Shown: positions 1-12,942, counted from the first letter of the stretch. The stretch: DNA of 64,000 bases from Eledone cirrhosa (GCA_964016885.1 OZ024742.1:182466001-182530000); one strand, 5' to 3'. Program-made: numbers and translations. The notes: generated by a model from the letters alone, not told the origin.

Positions 1-81
<81 letters not shown>

Positions 82-180
82 TCAATATATATACTTTACA
101 CTCGGCTGAATGACATTCTTCTCTCAACAACCTGTCAGCTACATCCACGAGCTGCCGATCGATAAAGGCAGGCATAGATA

Positions 181-259
<79 letters not shown>

Positions 260-470
260 TGAGAGGCATATACACATACATTCACACAGACACCTACACA
301 CAGTTTCACATGCAGACAAACAGTAAGAGACACATCGACATTGAAGATAAGAAACGGAGATATTTTCATTCACACAAACACCACACAAATGTCTTCTGCA
401 ATTCACCTCTGTCTCTATTTCTTTCTCCCCGGCGCCTCTCTTTTTCTATCACTCCTTTTGTCTCTCTCTT

Positions 471-515
<45 letters not shown>

Positions 516-583
516 TTATCCTTCTTTATTTATTATTTCTCTCCCCGTTCCGCTTCCTACACTTTTCTCTCTCACACTGATTC

Positions 584-655
<72 letters not shown>

Positions 656-656
656 T

Positions 657-706
657 CCTTTGTATTTCTCCCCTTCTTGTGTGCCCCTGTGGCTAATAAA
701 GAAACA
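657..706 (+). mobile_element. ~50 bp extreme 3' end of the (TATC)n-type Tx1 subfamily
   Basis: Nearly identical to the reverse complement of 60855-60905. Preceded by (TATC)n and followed by ATATCTAT. Confidence 0.75.
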
Positions 707-725
707 TATCTATTTCTCTCTCTGT

Positions 726-837
<112 letters not shown>

Positions 838-1037
838 GTATATATATGCATGCATGTGTATATGCCTCTCTGCGCTCTGAGATCAAAAGCCGTCGAGGTC
901 AGCTTTGCTTTCCATTCTTTCAAGGTCGATAAAAAAGAACTGTGGTCGATTCTTTTTTCTTTTATTTTTCTCCCTTCCTCTCTATCAAGCTCTACCTTTC
1001 TTTTGTTTTCTCCCTGTCTCGCACTCTCTATAACTCT

Positions 1038-1089
<52 letters not shown>

Positions 1090-1095
1090 AGTCTT

Positions 1096-1345
1096 GTGTG
1101 GCTTAGTAGTTAGGGTATTCTGTTTATGATCGTAAAGTCGTGTGTTCGATTCCAGGCGGCACGTTGTTTACTTGAGCGCGACACTTTATTTCACGCCGCT
1201 CTAGCCCACTCAGCTGGCAAAATGAGTTGTACCTGTAATTCGAAGTGGCAACCTTGTCACATTCTACATCACACTGAATCTTCGAGAACTACGTTGAGTG
1301 TACGAGTATCTGTGGAATTCGAATCCACTTGTAATTTCCTGAGAA
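1096..1345 (+). mobile_element. Second tRNA-derived SINE family (CTTGAGC..ACACTTTATTTCAC core)
   Basis: TGGCTTAGTAG A-box-like and GTTCGATTCC B box. Diverged copies at ~19385-19735, 34910-35185, 35440-35590(-) and 54820-55090. Confidence 0.7.
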
Positions 1346-1588
1346 GTTAAGAATAATGTAAATAAATATTCTGAATGAAAATGACAGAGGTTATTAAAAT
1401 CATAGAAGTAAAATACTTAAATATATACATACACACATCTATATACGTACATACACGTGCATAAACGAAAACGCATGCTATAAGTACATATACATGCACA
1501 TACACATAAGCACGCGCACACGTACGTAAACCAGGCGCAACACATATACCCGCACACCTACGAACGTATACACCAAATACACACACAC

Positions 1589-1653
<65 letters not shown>

Positions 1654-1945
1654 TATATATGTGTGTATATTATATATGTGTGTATAATTATATATACTTA
1701 TATAAATATACACGCATAAATGGATATATAACACACATACATGCAACCCGTAAATACACATATGTTCACCAAACGTACATATACCAGAACCCCATGTACA
1801 CATATACACAACATACATACGTGCAAATACACATAGACACTCATAAATACCCATACATATATGTGTATAAAAAGTACCAACATACATATTTACATATACA
1901 CTCACCCGCATTTACAAACATACACTAACTCATGCACATACAAAG

Positions 1946-1986
<41 letters not shown>

Positions 1987-1989
<3 letters not shown>

Positions 1990-2512
1990 TGGCTGCCAAC
2001 TCGTTTTCGAGTACGGCCACTACTTTATATCCATGTAGGAGAACCCCTACCGATACGCTGAACGAGTGTGACTTTTTAGTCCAGCCAGCGACTTGAAAAC
2101 TCTGGTGCAAACACTACACTTGTGACAATTATTGACACATAGTGCTGGGCCCATGGTACCATGTGACGGCAATGCTTGTGCCGTGAAGCTTTTATAGTGA
2201 GCAAAGGCACTGCACAAAGCCAGTCCCACTCTCTTAACCAAGATGATATTTACCAAATAGAAGAACAAGTCAACATCATTGGATATCATCAGCGTTGCAG
2301 GTGTTATATCAGAGTTTTCCTTCTCCTAGAATTCTGCCTTGACAAAGGCTAAGGAGTCATCTCTCCCGGTGATTTAAACCTTTGCCCTTTGACAGGTTTT
2401 GTTTTTAGTCCTGCAGGATGTCCAGTCACCCTCCTCACCAAGAAACCTTGGTGGGGTTGCCATGTACTGGGATACATGTTACCAGTAGTACCAACTGGTG
2501 ACCTGACATACC
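1987..2512 (-). mobile_element. Short non-autonomous RTE-like element, copy 1
   Basis: Highly similar to 62300-62885 in opposite orientation. Retains a terminal C2H2-like finger CSVCTRVFKSLAGLKSHTRS typical of RTE ORF C-termini. Confidence 0.7.
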
Positions 2513-2679
2513 ATATATATATATATATATATACATACATACATACATATACATACACATATACACAGATATACACACACACATACATACATACATACAT
2601 ACATACATACATACATACATACATACATACATACATACATACACACATATACACACACATATATATACATATATACACG

Positions 2680-2978
2680 AGGATGGCTCTGAACATTATT
2701 CAGTATACACTCAGGATGAAAAACCCAGAGCTGTATGGGAGCCTCTCAAAAGTCAGCTCAAATGTGACACAGAGGAGACAGAGTTGACATTGCACTCAGT
2801 GCTCCTGTGGGAGCCCCTACGTGGACGCACTGGAAGTGGAAGACCAAGGTTAACGTATGTTGATGCCCTAAAGACAGACACTGGTCTGTTGGAGACGCAG
2901 GACATGGCAGCGATAATGAGGGACAGAGACCGCTGGAGAGAACTCGTCCATGGATCTCGGGAATTTTACCCGCCCTAG
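2680..2978 (+). mobile_element. 3' fragment of an RTE-clade LINE ORF
   Basis: VLLWEP..G....GRPRLTYVD.LK.D.....DRDRWR, followed by a (TA/CA) tail. Confidence 0.75.
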
Positions 2979-3034
2979 AATACATATATACATATATACA
3001 TATATACACGTATACATACATATAGATAAACACT

Positions 3035-3240
<206 letters not shown>

Positions 3241-3430
3241 AATTTCTATATAAATCCACAGACGCAAATATAAGCAAACCATAATACACATACATTCACA
3301 TATACACGCATACCCATAAATCCACACACACACACACGTTCATTGCCAGGGAACGTCTTCACGAACCAAAGTATCGTCTTCTTGTTTTCCTTCGGTTGCA
3401 AAGTTTTTCGAAATATTCACTTCTGCGTTC

Positions 3431-3506
3431 ACAGATTGATTTTTTTAGTTTCAGAAAATCTCGTTAAGGGCGAAAGCAGCGATTCTTTGCTTAAACTTTA
3501 ATCTGT
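3431..3506 (+). ncRNA. Hammerhead-like motif, family A (degenerate core CAGAAAA)
   Basis: Homologous to 53297-53372 with an additional core substitution. Confidence 0.5.
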
Positions 3507-4073
3507 TATTATAAGTTTATCCCAGGTTCAATCGGGGGTAACCACAGAGTAGGGTACACAATACGAAGCAGAATATAAATATTTAATATCGAAAAGGCTT
3601 CTACAGGACTAGAACTGTTTCATTCGGAAGAAATGATCAGGATCTCTTGAATGAAACAGTTTTAGTCCCGTAGAAGCCTTTTCTCTCTCTCTATATATAT
3701 ATATATAATTAGATTGTCGTCTGCTTTGTTTGAAATTTCTTTATGTATATTTCTAATAAGTTGTTGCCTCGTTTTGGATGACTGAGTTGTGGAAGGAGGA
3801 AGGGGAGTAGTGAGTGGGTGGGTTTAACATATTGTAGTAGTATCTCCTCTTCCCCCTCTCTCTCACTGAAATGTCTTCTCTTTCCTCCTCCATTGTAAAG
3901 ATGTCCCCAGGGGTTCATTATTGATTTTTTTTTATTGAAATCCAATTTACCCGTCCTGTTTCTGAATATTAGCTTAACATGTGTGTAAAGTTCCATCAGG
4001 ATCGGATCACTGGTGTAGGCGCCCACTGTTATACACAGACAAACAGAAATTGGCATTGATATAGTATATATAT

Positions 4074-4151
<78 letters not shown>

Positions 4152-4603
4152 CGATGAGCTATCGATTCCGGAGTCGGAGGGAATCTCTATGAGCTGATCG
4201 ATCATGAAACGTACAACACGTGTGAATAAACGTAGTGATGTTATATAGAAACTTCGTTCTTGTTCTTTATTATCAATATGATATATATATATATATATAT
4301 GTTATATATATATATGTGTAGAAGATATATATATATGTTATATATATGTGTAGAAGAGATATTTAATTTGTTGGAAATCCAACAAATATAGTTGTTTACA
4401 ACTGATTCAGGGCACTCGACAGATTTCTGGAGTAAGTATTCGATGTTATTAAATAATTGGAAACTATATTTATAAAACCATATTTATTCTATTATATATA
4501 TTTCAAGGGTACCAGAAATGTTCAAGTTATCCAGGGATAACCTGAACCGTTAAGGTATATATTATCCTTGGTCATGTCAAATATTTATAAAACATTTTGT
4601 ATT

Positions 4604-4657
4604 TTATCTGATGATAGCGTACCAAAACTTTTGGTACCCTTGAAATATATATAATAG
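4604..4657 (+). ncRNA. Minimal type I hammerhead ribozyme
   Basis: TTAT-CTGATGA-stem II (GTACCA..TGGTAC)-GAAA-TATATA-TA|ATAG. Confidence 0.7.
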
Positions 4658-4704
4658 ATTAAATATGGTTTTATAAATATAGTTTCCATTTATTTAATAT
4701 CATC

Positions 4705-4743
<39 letters not shown>

Positions 4744-5462
4744 GGTGTGTGTGTGTGTAAAAAAGGCAAACAGAATAAAGAAAGCAAATTACACAGTACA
4801 ATGAAGAAATGTGTTAGTTTTGCTCTCGCTTGGTATAGTAAGAAAAGCTAGCCCTTCAGAGTTTTCCCACGTGGTTCCTGTATCGACGTCTTACTAGCTG
4901 TAGGAACCACGTGGAAAAACTCTATACTATTACCCTGTACTATTACTCAGTACTATTCATATATATTTTAGGTCAATCATTCCTGCCAAAGGTAAAATTG
5001 ATCTTTCATTAACTGTCCCATTTAATCTGAAACTTTTATCATGTCCCCAAGGAGAATTAATATGTATGGATACCTATATATCTAGGCCTATATATAGACA
5101 TATTTTATGCGAAATGTTTCACCAAATTTCAAAAAATGGGATGCACATATTCGACATATATGTAAGAGAATAAATATGGTTTTTGAATGAAAGCGATATA
5201 TATATGAATGTATATATTAAAGTAAGTGAGACTGTAAATATTAAAGTGAGACTGTCACTACTCTAAAACAATAGCGTATGGTCTTTGAAATGCTTTTAAT
5301 TAAGCATTCAGTGTATTGCAAAATACACTGTATATACATTCATATATATATTGCTATTTCAGAGCACCAATTCTAATCTTCAATTTCTACTTGACCGTCA
5401 ACCGCTCTGTATAATCAGTTCCTGATTATTACTAGAATTCTATAAGAATCAAACATTCATGA

Positions 5463-5555
5463 TTTTCAGCAAACAGGCGGAGTACTTAGCTTTGATAAGC
5501 ACCAAAAAGTGCGAAACAGAGCTCTGTCAGCTTTATCTCGCCTGTTTGCTGAAAA
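5463..5555 (+). ncRNA. Type I hammerhead with long extended stem I and mutated core (TTGATAA), family C
   Basis: AGCT-TTGATAA-GCAC(CAAAAA)GTGC-GAAA-CAGAGCTCTG-TC|AGCT. 5463-5479 pairs perfectly with 5539-5555. Confidence 0.7.
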
Positions 5556-5813
5556 TTAAAGTAAGTGATACTGTCACTACTCTAAAACAATAGTGTAAGG
5601 TCCTCGAAATGCTTTTAATTAAGCATACAGTGTATTGCAAAATACACTATATATGCATTCATATATATATCGCTATTTCAGAGCACCAGCGATTCTTTGC
5701 TTAAACTTTAATCTGTTATTTTAATAAATATTTGCTCTTCGGTTCTTATATATTTGATATATATTTTCCTTATCGAGCCCTCTCTGGATTTTAGTCTTCA
5801 ATTTTATTATTAT

Positions 5814-5847
<34 letters not shown>

Positions 5848-5850
<3 letters not shown>

Positions 5851-6075
5851 AATATCTATAAGTCGTTTCGAAGCCTCGACAATGCAAATGGGTAAATCTC
5901 CGGGTAACAAGGTGCGGTGGTGGAGAGAGAGATGTAAGTGGGTGTACGTGGTGTGTACACACCACGCATCTCAACGTACACCCACTTACATCTCTCTCTC
6001 CACCACCGGACCTTGTTACCCGGAGATTTACCCATTTGCATTGTCGAGGCTTCCAAACGACTTATAGATATTTAC
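5848..6075. repeat. Near-perfect ~228 bp palindrome
   Basis: Arms of ~100 bp. ORFs 5856-6056(-) and 5882-6067(+) give nearly the same peptide. Confidence 0.92.
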
Positions 6076-6179
6076 TTATTGTTCCACAATGCTTCAAGCA
6101 AACTTCAATACTCTCATATATATATATATATTAGAAATTGAGGTTTTTTTTACAAAATGAAAAATAACCGAGGTGTCCT

Positions 6180-6245
<66 letters not shown>

Positions 6246-6692
6246 GAGCTTGCTTATTGAGAAACAAAAAATTGTAAACATCTTAACGTGTTGAGCTCGG
6301 TGGCTATAATCACCTCCCTTAGTTATCGTCCACCTTGTGGACTTGCCTTGGTTTTAATGTGATTTCACCATGTGCTTCCCAGCATGACGGTCACATTGGA
6401 CTTAGCTGTGGATATTTGAAGATATATGGATTTATCTGCTATCTTCGTTCTATCACCTTAGAATGGTGAGACTAAACCTCCGATGGGTAACTAAAAGTAC
6501 TTGTTCAATTAACACTTAACATTTAATATTCTACCATACTATTTTATTCTAATACCATTATAAATGTTAAAGGATTGTAAATAAAACGAGTAAATCTGAC
6601 AAAGTTGGAATTCCTTTTATTAATATATATATATATATATATATACAGGGCCAGCACCAGACTATTTGGCACCCTAGGCAAGATTAGATTGT

Positions 6693-6777
<85 letters not shown>

Positions 6778-7249
6778 TGTGTGTGTGAGTGTGTGTGTGT
6801 GATAAATCTGGGACCCCTGTCATTCAAGCAGCCGAAAGATCTACATACATACACTAATGCATGTATATAACTATGTATGTATGTATATATGTTATTATTG
6901 TCGTGAAAAACCTCGTCTGATCCTTGTCAAAAGACCAATATAACAATCAACATTATAAAATTGATAAGGGGGTTGGGGCAGAGTTATGGAAATCGTAATT
7001 GGTAAACTGTACAACTTAGTTGTCTTTGACTGTCGTTTACAATACTACTTAACTGACAAACATTCCTGTCATTGCTAAGTGTGAAGCAAGTATTTTACAC
7101 ATAAAGGTTATTTATAATCTCACTCTCCTCCACTTATCAAATATATGTCTTAGACAAAAGGTCAAAGCTAGAATCTTAAAGAACAAAACATGAAACAAAA
7201 AATCCTGTTTTACCTTCAAATTTTTTGTCTGTGTCTATGTTGGAATTTT

Positions 7250-8100
7250 TACATTAATCTATCTAACTAGTTTAACATTTATCTATCTTCTTGCATTGTG
7301 GTGTTCTGTTAGAATAATTTTATGTAAGGCAAAGGCATCCTAAGGGATAAAAGGTTACACTGGTTCTTGCCTGGCTGTCACTTCTAGTTCCAGGACATTT
7401 TCAGCCTACACCGTGGCTATTTTATCTTTTAGAAAACTATACTTATTGAGGGATTGGATGCTTGGAAAGGAGATGGGCACCGTCTAGCGGTGTTTCTAAG
7501 GCCCACTGAAATCCCATGATAGACACGCAGTCAAATATCTAGAATGGAACCCCAACGATTTGTTGCACCAGTTGCAGGAACTTTATTTATTGATTGGTAT
7601 TAATATAATGTCGCCAGTTGGCAAGGAATTGTATAATCGATTGAAAAGGTCACAATAAATGTTTGGTTAGAGGATCGATTTCTCAAAGCCCTTAGACTCT
7701 CTGCGCCATGAGTTCAAATTTTGCCTGATGTACATTACCTTTAATTTTTTCAAATCGTAAAGGAATCCCAGACCAGTGCTGGAGCTGACTTCTATTACTC
7801 TACGTTTCACATCGTGGATCTTTTGCTTCATAAAAGGAGGAAGGGTCAAGAGAATGTCTGTCTTCTCAAAATTGCACACTAACCTAAAATCCTCTGTGAA
7901 AGCATAGTACATACCACCCAGACCCACGTGACTGCAAGTGACAGCCTTGGGTAAATGTCTGGTACATACATGAGTAATGTTTTTTTCACCCCACCCTAAG
8001 ACTAAAATATTGAACTCATAAAGACAGGAGTAAATCAATGTAATACTCTCTGCCATTTCAGCAAAATTTATTTGGTTTAATTATTAATTAGACATGACGA
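7250..8100 (-). pseudogene. Highly degraded L1/Tx1-like ORF2 C-terminal remnant
   Basis: Weak motif echoes: LPK...GLGG and DLFNRLYNSLPTGD...CNWC, with many stops. Confidence 0.35.
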
Positions 8101-8856
8101 ACGACACTTAACTGACTGAAAGTAAGTTTAATGCTTGAAACAGATGTAATGAAAAAATATATACATTAGTTGGCGACATATTACATTGTAGATAAGGAAT
8201 TACGGATATTTTACACTTATAAGGTTTCATCAGTCTTCTATAATCCATAAACAAACAATTAATGTCAGTTTTTTTACTTTTTTCCCTTTTTTAGTTCTCC
8301 CTTTTCATAGCATAAATTCTATTTTTAAATCTAGAGTTCCAATAATTTTAACGGTTCATTTAGCATGAGAATTCTCCTTAGTTATCAATATGACATTGTA
8401 ATATCTGGATATTTCCTCTTTAGGTGAATTACTACTCCTCAATTTTATGTGGATACATGCATGTTTACGTCTCCAAGGAAACACATGAAATGAAATTAAT
8501 AAGTGTAGGAAATGTATTCTTTTTTTTTCTTTTGTTTTAAGTCTAATAATTAATACAGGCATTTACTTCTATATTCTGGAATGTTATTAAAATGAACCAA
8601 AAGTGATTAAACATTCTTATCTTTAATTTTTATTTGTAGAAACGTATATAAAACTAATAGGAATTCTGTTCCAGCCATTTGTTGTATTATTATTTATTAC
8701 CAATGTTCTGTGGCAATAAACTCGTACAATGTTTTGGAAGATCTACCCAATGGATTACAACTGGGGGAATAGCTTCACTCAATTTGTGGATTCTAGAGAC
8801 ACCTTGAGCTTTAAATCTTCTTTGCATATCTTAACTTTGAACTTTATACACACACA

Positions 8857-8952
<96 letters not shown>

Positions 8953-9035
8953 GGAAAAATTTGAACAGGGACAAAACAGAGAGGCAGTACAACGAATGTT
9001 TATTAATTTCACGCTCTGGAGAGTGGGGTGTTGGT

Positions 9036-9075
9036 GGGGGACGACGTTTCGGGCATAAGCCCTTCCTCAGGTGAG
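9036..9075 (-). ncRNA. Hammerhead-like core lacking a clear stem I
   Basis: CTGAGGA-A-GGGC(TTAT)GCCC-GAAA-CGTCG-TC, with downstream AATAAA and (TA)n. Confidence 0.45.
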
Positions 9076-9423
9076 AAGTGTGTGGGAACAGAGTTCAAAG
9101 GGTGTGTAGGGGAGTGGTGGAGAGACATATAGCGAAAGGAAACGGTGCGAATGAAAAAATAAAAAAATAAAGATAAAAATAAAAATAAAGCATGATCAAT
9201 ATACAAGGAATGAAATAAATTTAAATATGATCAAATATATATATATATATATATACAAACAGCTAGATACGAACACATGAACTGATTTGTCTCACAACGG
9301 GACTAATCGATTAACCCATACTAGTATGGAAATGGACGTTAAACGGTGATGTATATATATGTATGTATATATAAATTTATATATAGAATTCACATGAATC
9401 AAGTTCTGTTCAAACCATTTATT

Positions 9424-9470
9424 AGCTTACAATTGTTTCATCCAAACCAAGGTTTGGAGTCTTCGGAGCT
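9424..9470 (-). ncRNA. Minimal hammerhead with CCGAAGA core, family D, left arm of palindrome
   Basis: AGCT-CCGAAGA-C-TCCAAACC(TT)GGTTTGGA-T-GAAA-CAATTG-TA|AGCT. Confidence 0.65.
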
Positions 9471-9772
9471 TATTTCAATGTTTGTTTACATGCATGACCT
9501 CCTTTCCAACACAAGAGACATACAGATACATATATATATCTTTATGGATGGCAATTTAAATTCAAAAATTAAAATCATATTAAAACAGAATCAAAGCAAA
9601 ATTAAAATTAAAATACATGTATTTTAATTTTAATTTTGCTTTGATTCTGTTTTAATATGATTTTGATTTTAATTTTTGAATTTAAATTGCCATCCATCAA
9701 TATATATATATATGTATCTGTATGTCTCTTGTGTTGGAAAGGAGGTCATATATGTAAACAAACATTGAAATA

Positions 9773-9819
9773 AGCTCCGAAGACCTCAAACCTCGGTTTG
9801 GATGAAACAATTGTAAGCT
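9773..9819 (+). ncRNA. Minimal hammerhead with CCGAAGA core, family D, right arm of palindrome
   Basis: AGCT-CCGAAGA-stem II-GAAA-CAATTG-TA|AGCT, followed by AATAAA. Confidence 0.65.
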
Positions 9820-10024
9820 AATAAATGGTTTGAACAGAACTTGATTCATGTGAATTCTATAAAACTGCTCTGTAGAACAACTGATGTTATTACATTGAGC
9901 CATTTATCTTACTGGTAATAAGGTAGTAATAAATTACTGTCTTTCACTGTTTAGGGTTTAAAATATATATAACTATAAAAAGTTTTAGTATATACATAAC
10001 CATAAATAGTATCCTTAATACTAA

Positions 10025-10107
<83 letters not shown>

Positions 10108-10189
10108 GGAGGTGAGTTTTATTGAAGGACACTTGACTGTACACTTCCTTGTTCACAAGTGTTTTTTAGGCATCATATCATGTTACCTT

Positions 10190-10258
10190 ATTTTATATGA
10201 TGAGAACGCAACTATCGTCCTAGGGTGATATTTGTTTTTGAAATGCGCATAATAAAAT
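10190..10258 (+). ncRNA. Hammerhead-like motif with ATGATGA core and long stem II
   Basis: ATTTTAT/ATAAAAT stem I, GAAA-TGCGCA-TA, then (TA)n about 40 nt downstream. Confidence 0.55.
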
Positions 10259-10292
10259 ATATGGAACTTTTTTAACTATCTTTTAATTTCTT

Positions 10293-10341
<49 letters not shown>

Positions 10342-11004
10342 ATATATATATATAATATATGCATACATACATACATACATATATATGTATGTGTGTGTGT
10401 GTGTCTAGTTTTATGTGGCTAATGGTATGGATTTCCATAATTGCCATTCATTGGTCTGCACATCGATAATTGTGCTCTCAAACGATTGTAAAACAATAGA
10501 TTAATTAACTACTTCACTTTGTTTATTCTGTCATTGTTTAGCCTTATATATATATATATATGTATATATATGTGTGTGTGTGAGTGTGTGCGGGTGTGTG
10601 TATGTGTATGTGTGTGTATGCGTGCGTGTGCGTGTGTGTGTGTGTGCGTGTGCGTGCGTGTGTATACGTCTAATTGTGTGTGTGTGTGAGTGTATGCATT
10701 TCTTTCTGGTATACATATTATTTCCTATTTTCACAGATCTTTAAATTTCGCTTTGGCCATACATAACACTATTATTATTATTATTATTATTGACGAAAGT
10801 GGATGTACGTTTTTTGAAGCTCCGTGAGTAAGCAATTTTTTGAGGATTAATTGTGGAGAATTGTTTATTTTTTTGTACCGCTGAAGCATTATAAGACATT
10901 CATTTGTATCCTGTGAAGGAATAATTCATAATATTTGGGCCTTTTGGCCCAAATATTTGAACTTTATTTTGGAAAAATAATAATTTTTTTTTCTCAAAAA
11001 AAAC

Positions 11005-12913
11005 ATGGCGGAGCCACGCCCCCTAGAGGCGGGTCTGCTGTCGTGCAACGGCGACTTGAGCGTTGAGAGGAGAGGTGGGGCGAGGAGCGCCACCAGCACG
11101 AGTGTGAACAGCGACAGTGCCAGCACCAACGGGCCGAGCGGCGCGGAAGGTGGTAACAGCGACAACACCAACACCAACAAGCCGAACAGCGCAGAAGGTG
11201 GTAATAGCGAGAGCACCAACAAAACGAACAGCACAGAGAGTAATAGTAGCGACAGCAGCAGCACCAACAAGTCCAACAGCACAGAGGGTAACCACGACAC
11301 AGGGGAGAATAACAACAGCAATAGCAGCAGCAACACCAACAAGAACAACAACAGTGACAACACCAACAAGAACACCTTCGCTGCTGTGGCAGCGGCTAAA
11401 AGGAGACCATGCTACAGCATCGACTTAACCAACAGAGAGGAAAAGTTGGCCCAGGCCTGGAAAATCACAAATCAAGAGCAGACCTGGGCAAACTTAACTG
11501 TCCCGGCAGAAGCCATTGAGGCAGTGGAAAAAAGAACGGTGCATTTCAGATGCATCTCAGTAGAGACAAAGAGGGCAGCGATAATCGCCCAAGCTGATAT
11601 AGAAGCCGCACTGAAATACATCAGAGAGGACACAGACTTCGTAGAGAGGGGCAGGCAATACGGCACCGTCTCGGTGCTGTTCAAGTCTGAAGCCCTCGCT
11701 GTGAAGCATTCAATGACCCCTTGCAAAACCAGCAAGGTCATAATGTACCCCTCCCACATGGGAAAACGAATAGCACGTGTGCGCATTCCCAGGATTCCAC
11801 CAGGACTTGATATGTGGTGGCTCCTGGGTTGCGTAATCGTGGAAGGAACGGATACAGTCCCGGTAGAGGCAACGAGAACTGCCAGGGACGACTGGTCGGG
11901 GTTGATCTGGAGATACTGCTCCAAATCAGACCCGAAAACGTAAAAGCAATCCCGGACCACATCCGCCTCCAAAACGGGAGGGTGTTGCATATAATGACTG
12001 AGGGCAAAAGGCCGCATTGTTTCCTTTGTGGGGAAACGACACACTTGCGAGCCTTCTGCCCTCAACTGCCGAAAAGCGCAAGGGGTCGAAAGATTCCACT
12101 GCTGGCGACGCCGGGACAAGGACCACCAGCAACACCGTCAACAATGGAACCACCAAAATTGCACACCCAGGGGGGAAACGAGGAAAGCTCTCCCATTCCC
12201 CCTCCCCCCAAAATACACACACGAACAAGAACATAAACACTCACTCAGACACAAACACGCTCACAGCCACAGACCCCTCATCCTTCAGCAGTGAAGATGA
12301 GGGAAAACCAAAGTCCCCCAAAATACAAAAAACAAAACACAAAAAAAAAAGAAATCCACAAAGCACAAACACCCCCACAAAAAAAAATACACACACCACC
12401 CACACAAACATTTTCCCCACAGCATCACCAACACAACCACCAAAATCCCCCAAACGCAAACAAGCTAAACAGACACAAGAACAAATAGACACACAAACAT
12501 CAGAAACTACAGACACCCCACCCACAACAAACGCAGACACAATAGAAACAACACTAACAAAGCTATCACCACCACAATCACACGAACAAATAAAACCCGA
12601 GCAACAAAACATTAAAAACTTCGTGCTTGCCAGAAGGGCCAACAAGGAATTGATGGCCCATGTAGCACGAAGCACAAACATCGAAAAAGAGGGGGAAACA
12701 TTTGAAGCGAGCACATTTCGCGTACCAGATAATTTGCTTCTGATGCGAATGTCGCTCGCTTCATACAAAGAAATTCGAAAGAGCTTTCCTCGGGATGTGG
12801 GAACCCCGAACGTAAAACCCACTTCAAGACTATTAAAGGGGTTCCCAAAAGAAACCCCACAAACCATGGAGGTCGAACCACCCGACCTTCACAAGACCCC
12901 GGAAGGTAAGTAA
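11005..12913 (+). pseudogene. Tx1-type ORF1 (gag-like nucleic-acid-binding protein), split by two frameshifts
   Basis: Overlapping ORFs 11005-11943, 11814-12236 and 12017-12913. N-terminal Asn/Ser-rich repeats (NSAEGGNS), CFLCGETTHLRAFC (CX2CX4HX4C) near 12017-12060, Lys/Thr/Pro-rich tail. Confidence 0.82.
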
Positions 12914-12942
12914 ACCTTTCCTTTCCCATTCATCCTGCCAGC

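Larger units (their letters stand above)
9381..9861. repeat. ~480 bp spacerless palindrome centred near 9617
   Basis: Arms carry family D hammerheads. Centre is AAAATACATGTATTTT. Confidence 0.92.

Noticed and set aside
6646-6690. hAT-like terminus CAGGGCC..GGCACCCTAGGCA
   Set aside because: Only one short end, with no matching inverted partner or TSD.
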